Made by a program: the position numbers and the translations under genes. A model generated the notes under the pieces. That model saw nothing but the letters and a program-made list of their open reading frames with translations, searched no databases and was not told the DNA's origin. DNA of 64,000 nucleotides from Coniocarpon cinnabarinum (lineage: Eukaryota): the NCBI GenBank assembly GCA_051942205.1, contig JAVECO010000008.1:62001-126000 (forward strand), in the 5' to 3' direction. This document shows, one piece after another, positions 45,717 through 58,936 of the stretch (position 1 is its first letter; each line of letters starts with the position of its first letter).

Positions 45717-46987
45717 TCACCATCTCCCCTTTCTCCCTCGCAACTCGTCCCAGACCGCCTTCACACGCTCCCGCGCACATCGCTCGCGCCGTTCGAGCCA
45801 CCCGTTGCCCCAGAATCTGCTCAGCACCATCTGACTGTGCGCGTGCTCTTCGCTGAACACCAGGTTATCACCGTTTCTCGCACTCACAACTCGCGCGGCT
45901 TCTCTGAGCAGCGCTTCACCGATACCATTTCCGGCATGTTTACTGTCCACGCACCAGGCCTTGATGACTCCTCGGCCAACGCGACGAGGCTTGCGCTTCC
46001 CGTTCGAGCCGGGCATTTCGCGGAGACGGTAAGAAAGGATGAGAACGCCAAGAATTGGAGCGTCTTCGGCAGTGGTGCCATGCTCCCAGTCAGAGGGCAC
46101 GGTAATAATGACCTCGTCAGACCCCAGCCATGCTTCATTGATCTCCAGGCTTGAATCGCGATATGGTAAACGAAGAGCCAGGTATAGCACGCCTGTTGCA
46201 AATAGGACTAGGATCAACCATGTAAACGTAATTGCGCACCAGAGACGCCAAGGACCGACACCAGGCGCATCCTTGCCGTTGCGGAGAGAGAATCGAAGAA
46301 GGCGGTCGACGATGAATAAGGAGAAAGCGAGAAGAGTAAGTGTGAGGGGATGTGTTGCGACTGTGCGGAGAGCTGTGACGGATTGGTCTTGAACAGAGCG
46401 AGACAAGAGGTCGAGTGCCTGCTGCTTTAGTTGAGGGGAGGTCGTAAGGTGTGTCGTATGAGGCGAAGGAGGCGTGCGCTCGGCGTCATAGGAGCTGGAT
46501 GTATAGTAAGTATTCCGCCGCCAGATAGCAGGCTTGTGTGTGATTGAGACATACTCGTCAATCTTAATTGCAGGCTTCACGAGGCTATTCTTCCGTGAGC
46601 GCTGACCGCGACTCTCTGCGTCACTCGAAGAATAGGAGGAGCAAGACGTGGAAGAGTCGCAAGATCCATTTTGCCTGTGGGATCTGGTCGGTGGTCGGCC
46701 AAGGGAGATGGGCTTGAGAGGATGATATTGTGGAGCGCTCCTGAGTGTCTCGAGTGTGGAAGAGTGCGTCTGTGCCAGCGGATTTGGGGATGGCAAAGGC
46801 GAAGGAGAATTCAGACGCAGATTATCGCCAAGAGAAGAGAGAAAGGCTATCATACGTGTCTTAGCGTCGAGGTCTGCAATGAACACGTACACCAGTACTT
46901 ACCAGCTGAGGTCTTCAGCGTGATGATGCCGTCCTGGACAGCAGAGTTGGAGAAACTATGACCAGGATGGAGCAAGGAGCGCGCCAT
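45717..46987 (-). CDS. Membrane-associated GNAT acetyltransferase, 2 exons
   Basis: Two hydrophobic segments, then GVIKAWCVDSKHAGNGIGEALLREA (acetyl-CoA motif A). First exon MARSLLHP.. ends at a GTAAGT donor near 46902. Confidence 0.78.
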
Positions 46988-48454
46988 GCCGCATGGCTAA
47001 GGAGCGTAGATAGAGAGTGTGTGGGTTTTATGAAAATGGGGTAAAGGGAGGGCCACGAGCCAGATAGATAAGGGAAAGACAGATTACCAAGGTGGGATGA
47101 AGGGAGCGCAGGATATAAGGCGCGCCATGACGACTACGTGGGAGGGAGCATGCAGGCGGCGGAACGGTCGAGCGTTTGGGATAAATGGTCAGAAGCTTGA
47201 AGGCGGGAAGATCCAGAGGAGCAAAAGGCGGGAGGGCGGTTACGCGCGAGGTGAGTGGCCAGCAACGTCGCCTTGGATGGCGAATCGCGGCTGTTGGCAG
47301 CAAGAGCAACGGACACAGGCAGAGGAGAGGCCAGTGCGGGCGAGAGAGGGGGAGAAGTGGTATCGTGTCGTTTTGAGTTGAGCAGCGGTGCTTAGTGGAG
47401 GGTTGTTGCGTGAGGGTGGGTGATGCGTGTCGCCTGGACGAGCAAAGTGAGGATCAGCAGCGCTCGAGCGATGGGATGGGAAAAAAGGCCATCTGGATTC
47501 TGTCACGGTGCGGTGCCTGACTCTCCAATCCGGCCTAGCTGCTGCGGCTGCTTATCTCCAGTGCTCGAATCTCGACTGCTCAGGTTCCGTCGCCGCTCTG
47601 GGCCTGCGTCCGGACGAACTGGGCTTGAGCTCGTTGACTCGCCCAACCCCATTTCCATGGACGCCTGTGGTCACGAGGGAGATCTCTGGCCAGGAGGGGC
47701 TGTCACCCCGGCAGGATCCGTTTCACCTCGCAGCGTGCCAAAGGGGAACGGGCGAGAGTTTCACGCTGAAACGAGCAGAGGAGGGTGACGGCGGCATCTG
47801 GATTTGGCAGTGGACACGACCAAAAAAGCCCACCGCCCACCGCCCATCGCCGCCTAGCATCGTGAAACCGCGCTTAGAGCTTGGGCCATGTGCTGCACCT
47901 CCATTAAGCTACTTGCTCGACTGGACTTGTCGTTGTTTCTACTCCGTACCCGCAGGCGTAAACTACCGAGCTCCAGGGCTGCTGGCCCCGAGATGCGCTG
48001 CGGGCGAGCGCTTCATGTTCCATTGCGTGCTAGCACCCCTTCTACGTGGCCTCTTTCTTTTCTTGTACCTCGGTGGGGTTCCTCCTTTCTCTTCCACACC
48101 GCAACCTATGACGCTGTCCTTCCTGCGACGCGCGGCTTCACGCTCGCATGCGGAGCACTGTCGTCGTTAATGTTAGTAATACTCTCCTCTTCAGCCCGGT
48201 TCCCTGGGCGCACACTTACTCTTTGACTCAAGCGTCAAGGAGCAGTTCATCAGGACGACGAGGAACCCCTCGCATGATGCATGTCATTAGCAGGCGCCAA
48301 GAGCCCCTCCATCCGGCCACTGTGCCCCTGTACCAAATTCCCCCAACGACACCTGCGCTCGCCTCCACTATCCCTTTATCAACAAGCAGCTCTATGTATC
48401 TCCCCATTGGTATTCATTTCCTTATCTCGCATGCTCCCACCCTCCGCTTCCTTG

Positions 48455-50736
48455 TCAGACTTTCTTGGCCGCCGCCGTATCAGGAGCTCCAGCGCTCGGT
48501 TCCAGCGTGTGCTCGTGCCCAGCGGCGCGATGCACATGCCCGCTCTCATCCTGCCGGCAACAGTCCCGCTCCAGCCAGGACTCCTCATAAACTTCCTCCA
48601 GCGTCGCTCGACTGTTGGGATCCGTGTCCAGCATACGACCGATCACATATCTGCTTTCGCGAGGAAGCAGTCTGAGCAACCGCCACGGTCCTCGCAGTGA
48701 TTGCTGGGGCGTGGAATTATCCGTCGTCGCCGACGTTGACGATTTCCTGTCGACATTCGATACGTCCGTGTTGCTCGTTGAGGCACTGCCTGAGTGATGC
48801 TCATGACGGTGATGCGTGTTGCTCGAGTCCTCGTTTGTGTTGGACGGCCGCCGCCTGAGACTCTCAATCGATGGTGTTCCGGGCGTCGGTTCGGCAACAA
48901 AGTAGCGGTAACTAACGTCCGATGTGCGAGGCAACTTCCATGGAAATCTCCTCAACGCCATACAGCAGTAGATTATGCCCATTGACCAGATGTCAACAGC
49001 TGCAGGATTATATTTGGCCTCCTCGTATACCTCTGGTGCAAGGTATGGATCCGACCCAACAATGCCTGTTCAGAAAGTCAGCGCTGTCTCGTGCAGATGC
49101 ATGCTTCAGTCCTCCGGCTCACCCGAGGCTCGTGTTATGTCGTTGTCGAACGGGTAGTTGTAGACAACCGCCGACCCAAAATCAATCAACTTCATGATCC
49201 CCTTGTCATTAACAACAACGTTGTCAAGTTTCAGGTCTCGATGAGCGAGACCCATGTTGTGCAAATATTGAACCCCGCTCAATATCTGCATAAAGCTGCA
49301 CGTCACCTCATCTCGGGTCATTTTGCCCGTCATGACACAGGCAAAGAGATCATACGGAGCGTACTCCATCACTTCGTACCAGTTTCCCTTCTCTTGTATG
49401 ATATCCAGAGTCTCAATGATATTTCCATGGTGTAGTGTCGATCCAACACAGAACTCAGCCGTCACTTTTTTGTTGTAGTCCTTTTCTGATTCGTAACTGT
49501 GTCTCGCGCGGAACTGCTTGACCGCGAAGGTGGTGCCGTCGCTCGCCCTCTTGATAAGTCGGACTGAGCCGCCAGCTCCGGAGCCAAGCACTTTCCCAAA
49601 CTTTCCGTATTTGTTTTCAAGGCCGTGATCGTCAGAGAATGGCATCGGTGTGCTACTTTCCCGATGCGATGGAGGGGTTTGCACCCCTGAGCTTGTGGAT
49701 AGTGAGGATTTCTTGGATGGTTTGTGATCATTGTTGGCATGCTTGTGCTTGTGGCCAAACTTGAAGAAACGCTTGAGGTCATGCATTGAGCCTGAGTGTT
49801 TTTCTTTATTTTGATGGTCTTCCTCCTGGTTCACATTATATAGGCCGCCGAAGATGCCGCTCCTGCGATTGTCCTGCTTTGCTTTGGCCTCGCCAGCGCT
49901 TTCTTGTCGATTTCTGTCCGAGGCCGCATGCACACTATGATTGCGGCGGGGAGCAGCAGTGGAGCTACCCTTAAATCGAGGATCAATGTACTCAGCGCCT
50001 GCCGGCCGTGGAAGGCGCCGGCTCTGAAAGTCTTCTTCTTCGCGTGGAGTGAACGTCGACAACCGTGGAGATGCTGTGCCACTAGTTTTCCTTGCCGGAC
50101 TCGCAGTCCTTGAGCCAGGCGCAGATCTGGAGATTTCTTTCTTCACTTCTGCATCACTGGGGCCTCGTGGAGCCAGTCCGGGTCTCGGTATCGCAGCCTG
50201 TGCCTGTTGAGCAGCCTGCTTTTCCCGCTCGTGGGAATGTGGGCTCATTTGAGGAGTGATGATAGACGGCTCTGGGTATTTCTTGGTCATACTGGATGTG
50301 GAGCCGTGGCCCTTTTTAACGCCTTCCCTGCCGCCGGATGCAGCAGGAGTGAGGGGCGGGGACTGAGTAGTGGCCGGGGCAGGAGAGGCGACGCCGGGTG
50401 TGACCCGGCCAGATCCGGTTTGCGAAGTAGCCTGGGGAGAAGGTGAGGGTGCCTGTATACGGGCGTCAGCTTGCCATAGCACGTCAGAAGAGGGCCACAG
50501 AGCTATCATACTCTTGAAGCGGGAAGCGAGACCGGTTCAAATGCAAAATTCTGCATTCTTTTTGACTGCAATGGTGACTTCTGCATGCTAATGGAAAGAT
50601 CTCTAAGCTCTCTTTGGACCTCCGGAGACACTTGTTCACGCTCGCTTGGCTCGGAGTCGGCCTGTGGAGGGTCGGAGGGATGCATGGGCTCGATAGGTTC
50701 GGCCCTTGCGCTGAAGCGAACGTTTGGCTCTGCCAT
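48455..50736 (-). CDS. HRK1: HAL-family Ser/Thr kinase Hrk1/Oca2, 3 exons
   Basis: [63 protein letters not shown]. Confidence 0.9.
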
Positions 50737-51995
50737 GGCGGGGCAGGAAATCGACGGAATTACTACCGTTGGTAAGCGAACGAATGAATATAACTGTACT
50801 TGAACAAAAGTGATGTGTGTCGAGTAGAGAGCCGGATCCGAGCAGCCGAGAGAGATCCGTGAAGATGCTGGAGAAAGAGAGCAGCGGCGGATGGTGAGAT
50901 GATGGTGATGGTGATGGGATGGAAATGGAGGTGAGAGCTGCGCCTGCCCTGGCGTAGGGGGATTTAAGCTTTCCGCGCCAGTCCACCGCCCTGACTCGGA
51001 GGACACCAACCCTCGACAATCATTCGCAGCGCGCAACAGACCTTCTAGCTCTCACACCGTGTTGCGAGCGACAACACGTACAGCCGGCGATCGAAAATGT
51101 CGAAGAACAACACTGTAGAAATGGAGCAAACGGATGTGGATAATGGATCGAAATTTTAGCGACGTCGTTCAGAAGCTAGACACTAAGGAGCAGTAGCCGT
51201 GGGCCGAGAAAATTTCAGCCTGGAGAATCAAGGAACAACCTGAAGGGAGTTGGGCAGACCAGCCCGAATGAGTTCAACGCGCGACGAGGCGACTTGGTGG
51301 GCTTGACTGATGGCGTCGGTCCAGCGTGGACACAGTCGCGCCGAAGGACGAGCGAGCCGCGACGGGAGACCTCGAAAGCAAGAGAGGGACTCGTGTGTCT
51401 GATGCAAACACACGTGCTTGCCCTGCCACCCTGCCACCCTGGGCGACAGCAGATCTACGCAGCACGCAGTATCCCTCCAGCACGATCTCGCACCTGCTTG
51501 CACTTGATTGTCGCTCCTGTACAGGAATGAGGCGCTTCGGACTCCTAAGAGGCGATCGGCCAGCTGCGTGCGGTGTCTCAATTACGAATCCTTCTAGGCA
51601 TAGGCATAAGCATAAGCACCAGACTCGGCTAGATAGGTAGTGACTTGGCTGAAGTCCCTCAGTCATACAACCTTGGAACGCAATACGAGGGCCAAGCTTT
51701 ATCGATAAGGTGGCGCCGGAGGGTCCGTGCGTCTGAAGATCAATCGCATCCACCACGCATGTGACGTCCATGCAGTTAATGTCAGGTACCCTCCAGCAAA
51801 GTCCGAGTCCCTCTTGTCGTGTCTTTTGGCGTATCAACGACTCATTGCGGCTGCATAGAGCGCTCTGACCATTCACTATTCCTCTTGTGTTTCCTGCAAG
51901 ATTTTCTCCTAGTTACTTTTGCAGGACAGGCCCCACGTAAAATCCGCTTGAATCGTTGAGTGAAGTCTTCATCACCTGTGGAGCAGCTTTTCAGC

Positions 51996-53284
51996 ATGCT
52001 GAATTGGGCGAAGCAACAGTGAGTCTCGTTGCGGCACTGTGTGCAATTGACTTGAAATCTCATCGTTGCAGGCTGGCCAATGTTGCTGGCACGCAAGAGC
52101 CTGAGTACGGGCCGGACGCAATCCAAACAGTCTCACAGCAGGCCGAGACCACACCCTATACCGAATTGACGCGCGACGACCTCAAGTGGACGGCACTTCA
52201 GTCCACATGTGTGGAGACGCAGACCTTCTATGCCTTTGCTGAGGATGGCACGGTGGGGATGGCGCAGCTGATTTACAACAACTTAGCGTGAGGTCGATGC
52301 GCATCAGAGACTCCAAGACAGCGCGCTAATTATGATTGAGACAGTGGTCTTCGAACGACTACACAGTTCACAACAAAAATCTTCTATCCTGACGGCAGGG
52401 CACCTCTGTGGACTTCCGAGCAGGTCGATGATCACCAATTTGCAAATGACAAGACATGCTTCCACTCGGACAAAGCATCTATCGACCTTCTATCAGACGG
52501 CGAAACCTACCACATCAAATCTCAAGCATCACCGAAGACGAAAGTTGATATCAAAGTGAAAAGAGCCGCACCGAGTTTCAAAGTCGGTCAAGACGGGACA
52601 AGCTATTACGGTACAGACCCCCAAAAGCCATGGGGCTCCATGAGACACGTCTTCTGGCCGAGATGCGACGTTGAAGGCGATTTTGTCACAAAGGATGGCA
52701 CGCTCAAGATGACGGGACGGGGTGTGTTCATTCATGCGTTGCAAGGCATGAAGCCGCACCATTTGGCCGCAAGATGGAACTTTGTGAGCTTCCACAGCTC
52801 CAAGTACTCGGCGGTGATGATGGAATATACCACACCCCCTTCCTACGGCACCACGACAGTAAACATGGGAGGTATCGTGTCTGGAGATAAACTCATCTAT
52901 GCGGGCGCTAGAAATAGTGCGACGCACACAGCGTCGAAGCACGATGCAGAAGTAGACTGGCCAGAGCCAACAGCGCTTGCGTTCAAGTGGAATGAAGGCG
53001 GTGAAGGCGCCCACGCTGAGCTGGCTATTTCAATGTCATCGCGCGCCGACCGCATTGATGTCATGGCTGAGGTGCCTGGCTTTGTAAAGCAGCTGGTTGG
53101 TGCTGCGGCAGGCACGCGGCCTTATATCTACCAGGTGAGCTAGCACTGCTGTTTCAAGAACGACTGTCGAAATACTAAGAAAGGCTTCTAGTTTGTGCAA
53201 AGGCCAACACTCAAAGTCGAGGCAGACGGATCCACAGCTGAGGAGCAAGGTCAAATGTTCTCAGAAGCAACTTTCATCTCGTAA
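51996..53284 (+). CDS. SVF1: Survival factor 1, 4 exons
   Basis: [77 protein letters not shown] terminus. Confidence 0.93.
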
Positions 53285-53571
53285 GGTTAAGATGCATACC
53301 GAGTTGGATGGTAAAAGGACTCAGCATATGTGAATGGCATTTTGTGAGTACGGATGTACGCAAACAACGTAATGTCTATTAGCAGCACGCTGTAGCAGTG
53401 CTCGTGGTTACACACCTTCCAGTCTCATTCTAACTACTGACTTTTGCCTCATACACCTTGTTTGTCCTGAAAAGGCAATCTTGCTTGATCCCATATCAGG
53501 TCTCAACCACAGGTGAAAACGCCACCCCCATGCACACCTCATCATGTCGTCACCTTGAGACGTTCCCTTAT

Positions 53572-53601
53572 TCACCATTCACAATGTCACCATTCACAAT
53601 G
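53572..53601. repeat. Perfect 15-bp tandem direct repeat (TCACCATTCACAATG)x2
   Basis: Read directly from the sequence. Confidence 0.85.
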
Positions 53602-53883
53602 TGAAACATTAGCTTCTCATTCCTGTCACATGCTATAGGACCCTTTCTCGCTCTGAACACCTCCCAGCCATCCTCTTTACGCCCCAACCCATCTCGACTG
53701 TCTCTTCCCATACTTTCCTCTCCACATACTCTTTCCCATCCCTCTCATTCCCTCATCAGACTCCGCAAAGACTGTCCCAGCTACTCTCGCAGCTACTATA
53801 CCATTACGATTCTTGTCGCAATACAATCTCTGTCATCACAATCCGTACAATTTCGTACTTGTCCTCATATTATCCACTCCAAA

Positions 53884-54526
53884 ATGGGTCCTGCAAAGTC
53901 AGCTCGCATCATCCCGACTTTCGCACCCGTCCGCCATCCAAAACGACAGTATGTCCTCTTGCGCAATCGTAATCGACCTCACTGACATGTCCCAGTCAAA
54001 CGCGCCAACGTGTTGACAACCTCCGTGGCGCCATGTCCCACCGCACCATCCGGTATGTTCTCAATCCTTTCGTTTCGCGCCGTCGTCTTTGCCTCAATGA
54101 GTGCTATGGAAGCTGTCGCGTACTGAAATCGAGACATGAGCGAGACTGACTCGGTCGTAGTCGACTCGCTCGTCGCGGCGGGATCGTCCGCATCTCAACT
54201 TCTATCTATGAAGAAGTGCAGGAAACGGTGCGGAAGAGGATCGAAGAGATAATGCATTTTCTTGTCCTTTATGTTGGTGAGTTTATATCTCTGATGATGC
54301 CGTCTTTGATGGGCGTCAGACGTCGTTGGCTGATGAGATTAGAACATTCGAATCGCAAGACGGTCAATACTTACGATGTCATCTGGGCTCTGAAGCGCCT
54401 GGGTATCACACTATACGTGAGTCTTTGCGATATTTTCCACACGCAATCGTGAATGCTAATATTGGGTAGGGATATGGCGAGAGGACTCTCGACGGAATCC
54501 AGCCTACACCCAAGAACGGCTTTTGA
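53884..54526 (+). CDS. Divergent histone H4 variant (hH4v/H4E-like), 5 exons, 122 aa
   Basis: Exons 53884-53948, 53996-54052, 54161-54276, 54343-54416, 54470-54526, all with canonical splice signals. Spliced product contains KRH..DN.RG..TIRRLARRGG..RIS..IYEE..EH..RKTV..DV..ALKR.G.TLYG.G. Confidence 0.9.
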
Positions 54527-54961
54527 TCTGCAATCCGATGTTGAAATGTGATTAAGCAGCTGATGGATTCAACAAGTTGAACGATGCATAGCGTGAGAGA
54601 AGGGTACGAGGACGATTTGCACGAATTTCATATGGCATTTGGCGCGTATTGCCTGTCTGCGACGGGCTTGATACCCTTGTTGAGATGTTCCCTGCAGTGC
54701 ACAGAACAGCGCATGTGGAGGGAACAGGACGGATTCGAAGAAAGATTCGAAGGCCTGCTTGGGCCTTCGAAGGACTTTATGACATATATTGACCTTTTGA
54801 GAATGAAACAGTGCAGAGCACGTTGAAACCCTTCTTCTGGAATTGACGTCTTGATTCTTGTCATTGTCTATACGTGATCTATCGCATCTGCCACGGCAAG
54901 TCTCAATTCACTTCATGAGTCTTTCACGTCTCGGGTGATGGCGTTTCTGAAGACGCAACGA

Positions 54962-57482
54962 TCACATCAAGCAAGGCGCTCCCTCGCTACTATGCCACCC
55001 ACTCTCGCCCGTCTTGACGCCATCCTTCCCAAATACTTCCGCACACCACTCATACCATACGCCTCGGTCGTCCGTCTTCCTCCAGATGCTGAGCTCCATC
55101 TCGGCGTCGTTAGGGACGTAGACGGGTGTTTTGAAGGGGAAGAAAAGCGGGAACCAAGAGATCATGTCAGGGGATGCTATCGGCATGGTGAGCGGATTCA
55201 ATGAGAGAACAACGTGAGAGGGATCGCTGGGCCATGGCTGGTCAGATGGCGGAGGATGCACAGTCTCGTCAGTGGCTTCGGTGGAGTGGCTTTTAAGTTG
55301 TTTGATCGTGGATGCTCGATCATAGAGAACCGCTTCGAAGTAACCTGCAATACCGTGGCAGACACCGCGGTGCGGCAAACGGAAAGTATGATGAGCAGTG
55401 CGGATATTGTGGTGATTTGATTTGGCTGCTGTCGAATTGGATTTGTGAGCAACATCAGGATGATGAAAAGACCAAAGATTTGCTATAGAGGGCCGCTTGA
55501 TGTCCTTTGTGCTGCCCCGATCGTACTGCTGTGCAGAGTTGTCTTGAGCCTCCGAATTATGAGGAGCTGTAGCGAGATAATCAAAAGTGTGCAGCCAGCT
55601 CACATACGGCAGCTGCATTGGGTCGGTGATCTTCGAATTGCTTGTGGCTGGAGAGACGCGGTATTTGATCGCTCGCCACAGCTCCTGGGCTGCGACCGGC
55701 GTTGCAAAGGCGGAGTAGCTGCTTGGAATTGAAATGCCATGTGTGGGGTGCAATAAGTGTTGCACTCCATCCAGACATTCGGGTGACAGCTCGTTATCGG
55801 CTAATGAGCCAAGCAGCTCCGAGACCAGTATATTGACACCGATCCGGTTTCCTTCCGAATCTGTCGGACCACTCCAAGAACGCATGTCGCTCTGCACTAA
55901 ATGAATCTCGCTGTTCCATTCCAAGGCGTTTCGTTTCTGAAGATGTACAAAGGCGGACGGGTTCTTCTCCAACGCCCATGCCTCGACTTCAACGCCGGTG
56001 GACTTGCTAGCTTGTAGGACCCGCTGCATCAGTGGCCCCCGACCAGCACCTACGACCGCAACAACGACCGCATTGCCATTTCTACCACCTCGAAGCCAAC
56101 CTTGGGAAGCGAAGTCTTCAAGTGCAGATTTCACTGCGCACTCATACCAAGCGTACTTCACTGGGTCCTTCTCGAATACTTCGTAGGTCACAGAGTCAAG
56201 GTTGTCAGCAAGTGGCTGTAGGGGGCTTTGAGGCCAGTCCTGGTAGCCGGCACCGTATTTCTCGAGCGTAGAGCGAACTGGTTGCTTTCTTTGGAGATGT
56301 TCCCGAAGGTACATCAGGTGCGGACTTGTCTGCTGTGGGGTCAACTGAGCAAAGCTGATTTCTGCTGGACTAGGTCTGCTCCCGAAATCGCTGTGAAGTG
56401 CGCTTCCTTCCTCCCCACCTCTATTGTATTCTACGCCAGGCAAGCCATCCAGCTCTCTGAGCAGTATCCAAGGTGCTACTTTGCCGCGGAGAGCTCGAGC
56501 TAGAAAGTCTTGATGTGGTTTTGTGAGTACGTCGACATTTCTTTGATTAGGGGTGAAAGACGAGAAAGGGAGCTCAAGCAAGCGTATGGGCTCACTAAGC
56601 CAACGATCGAGAACGAACGATGGTGGTAGCTTTTTAGGTATTATGAGGGCTAGAATAGATCAGCTGTCTCCACAACCTCATTCATTTTAAACAGACCCAC
56701 CAATGCTGACTCGGTTGTCATACTTGCAAGCTGCTTGTATGCTATGCCAGACGTCCCATATGCTCAGGTCATCCAGCATCAGTTGCCTACGCGGATAATC
56801 AGATACGTCTTTGTGACGAATGTGCCAAATAACGCTTTTGTGTTTCCATGGGCTATCCTCGTTGTCCAAATCTTCAAGTGCGAGTGGAAGTAAAATCGAA
56901 ATACTGACGCTGGGCGAGGAAGCTTGCGCCTCTCGGATTGCATCGGCGTAGGTCAAAACTTGCTGTCTTCGGTGATTGCGCGATAGAAACCGTGGGCCGT
57001 GGACCACAACATTAGTAGCCCCACAGAAACCAGCATAATTCACCTCCTGAAGCAATACTTGCTTGGAAAAATCAGCGACAACAGGATCGTCACAGGCAAG
57101 GTCTATCCAGTCATCGATAATATAAACTGCTTTCGACGAGACTTCATTAGGGGACACATTAGTCTCGCCACCTTGCAGCGGGCTAAGCTGACTAAATGCT
57201 GGAAGCGCAGGATTCCGACGTTCTACATCTTGCACTGATGCATTGCGAACTTCCTCGAGTACACGCATTCGATAGTAGTTGTTTGTGATAGGAGTCGCAA
57301 GGAAATCGTACTAAAGGAAACATGAGTAGATGACAGAAGTTTTAGGCAATTCTGCAACTGACTCCCAAATCCTCTGCATGATGAAAGACTTCTTCTGTGA
57401 CGACTTCTCCGCAACAGGGCTCGCAAAACCCAATGTAAAATGGCACTGGGTCAAATTCAGGTGATGCGTTCGGGTTGTCCAT
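54962..57482 (-). CDS. PRMT5: Type II protein arginine methyltransferase PRMT5 (Skb1/Hsl7), 3 exons
   Basis: QSPLQPLADNLDSVTYEVFEKDPVKY, VVGAGRGPL, EKNP, SDMR, VSELLGSLADNELSPECLDG, DMISWFPLFFP. Confidence 0.95.
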
Positions 57483-58313
57483 GAATGCAGCCTGGGTCAA
57501 CAACCTAGTATGCGACCATAAAATGTGCAAGGTGAAGTGAGCAGAGTCTTGACGGTCATGCTATTTGTAGTGATGTAGCACTAGACGTCATCGCGACCGC
57601 GTGATGGCATTAAGCCGCTTGCAAGCGAAATCTAGAGGTTTCGGCAGGATTCTCACCCCTTGTACGTGTCAAACATTCTGTTAAGGGTATATTGCGTGAG
57701 CGTTTGAAAAACCGAGCGCATGTCAAGGCTTCTGCCTAGCTCTGCAAATTGCCAGATTCTTAAAGGATGCATCAAACTTCTCATACTCTGGATCGGGTGA
57801 CTTCGCTTGACACAAATCGCCGAAAATGGGATACAGCACGTGCTCGCTGGAATTGCGACAAGCCCGGCAGGGTGAGGAAAGATTGGCACTGACCACGGGA
57901 TCCTCACAGACATATCGGATGGCTTGGTGAGAAGCTTAGGGTGCTCGAGAAAAATGGATTATCTTTCCGGTGAGTCAAGTTCATGTTACGAACAGCCAAT
58001 ACGTAGATGTCTATGCAGGATAGATCTCAATGCGTCTTCGACTGATCAGCTCACGTCGAATGTTCGCAGCGTCAAGTTGCTCGGCAGCGAGCTTAGGTGT
58101 CGCTCTATGGCTGCTCATGAGCCGCTGGAACTTTTTCTTGTGTATTTGTTGGGTTATTAGCGCTTTTGATACAGTTGTAACGTGCCCCTGCAGACAATGA
58201 GCATATACGCTTGGAGAGAAACGAGCGTCCAACTTCCTCAAGGGTGGTTTCATCGTACAGCTGCGCGACTCGTACTCACAGCTTCATTCGAGAGGCCTGG
58301 ACAGAAATGTAAT

Positions 58314-58936
58314 ATGATCATGGCGACTAAGATTGCACGTGGCTATTCTGTAGCGAGTCATCTGTCCGCATACGCTCTACCAAGGTCAGAGTTCATTGCT
58401 ACTCAATCTGGGATCACTGACTTCGTCGTCGGCGGTATCATGTTCGCAGATATGCAAATGGAAAGCAAGTGCATGGTGGGCGATCAGTCAATCCGGGTGC
58501 TGGTGCTTCAGCGCGCAGAGTCCGACGTCTTTCCGGGCAAATGGGACTTTCCTGGCGGACGTTTTGAGACGAGCGATGACACTATGTTGGATGCAGTTGC
58601 ACGCGAAGTGAATGAAGAAACAGGCCTTCGCTTGACGATGGTCTATGACTTCGTGGGCACCAATTATTGGGAGAAAGAGCATGCACCCGGAAGAAAATGG
58701 GCCAAGTTCTCTTTCGTTGTCGGAGTTGCCGAGATGGATCAAGGCGTCAACACTTAAGCAAGCATATCAAACTTTCGCCTTCAGAGCACTCTCCTGCTGT
58801 TTGGGCGTCAAAAGATGATATTGGTCACAGTAAGGCAAAGAGGCCGGGCGCATTTGAGTTCATGACAGACGAGCAGGTTGACATCATCGATAAGGCTTTC
58901 AGCAGGATACTCGTCACTGAGACAGCCGGCAATTAA
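58314..58936 (+). pseudogene. NUDIX hydrolase split by a frameshift near 58750 (pseudogene or sequence error)
   Basis: Nudix box WDFPGG..AVAREVNEETGL lies in the ORF ending at TAA 58757. The expected C-terminal IKLSPSEH..VWAS motif lies in the overlapping -1 frame ending at 58936. Confidence 0.65.

Noticed and set aside
47000..48450. ORFs of 112-220 aa between the GNAT gene and HRK1
   Set aside because: No motifs. Consistent with the GNAT promoter and HRK1 3' UTR.
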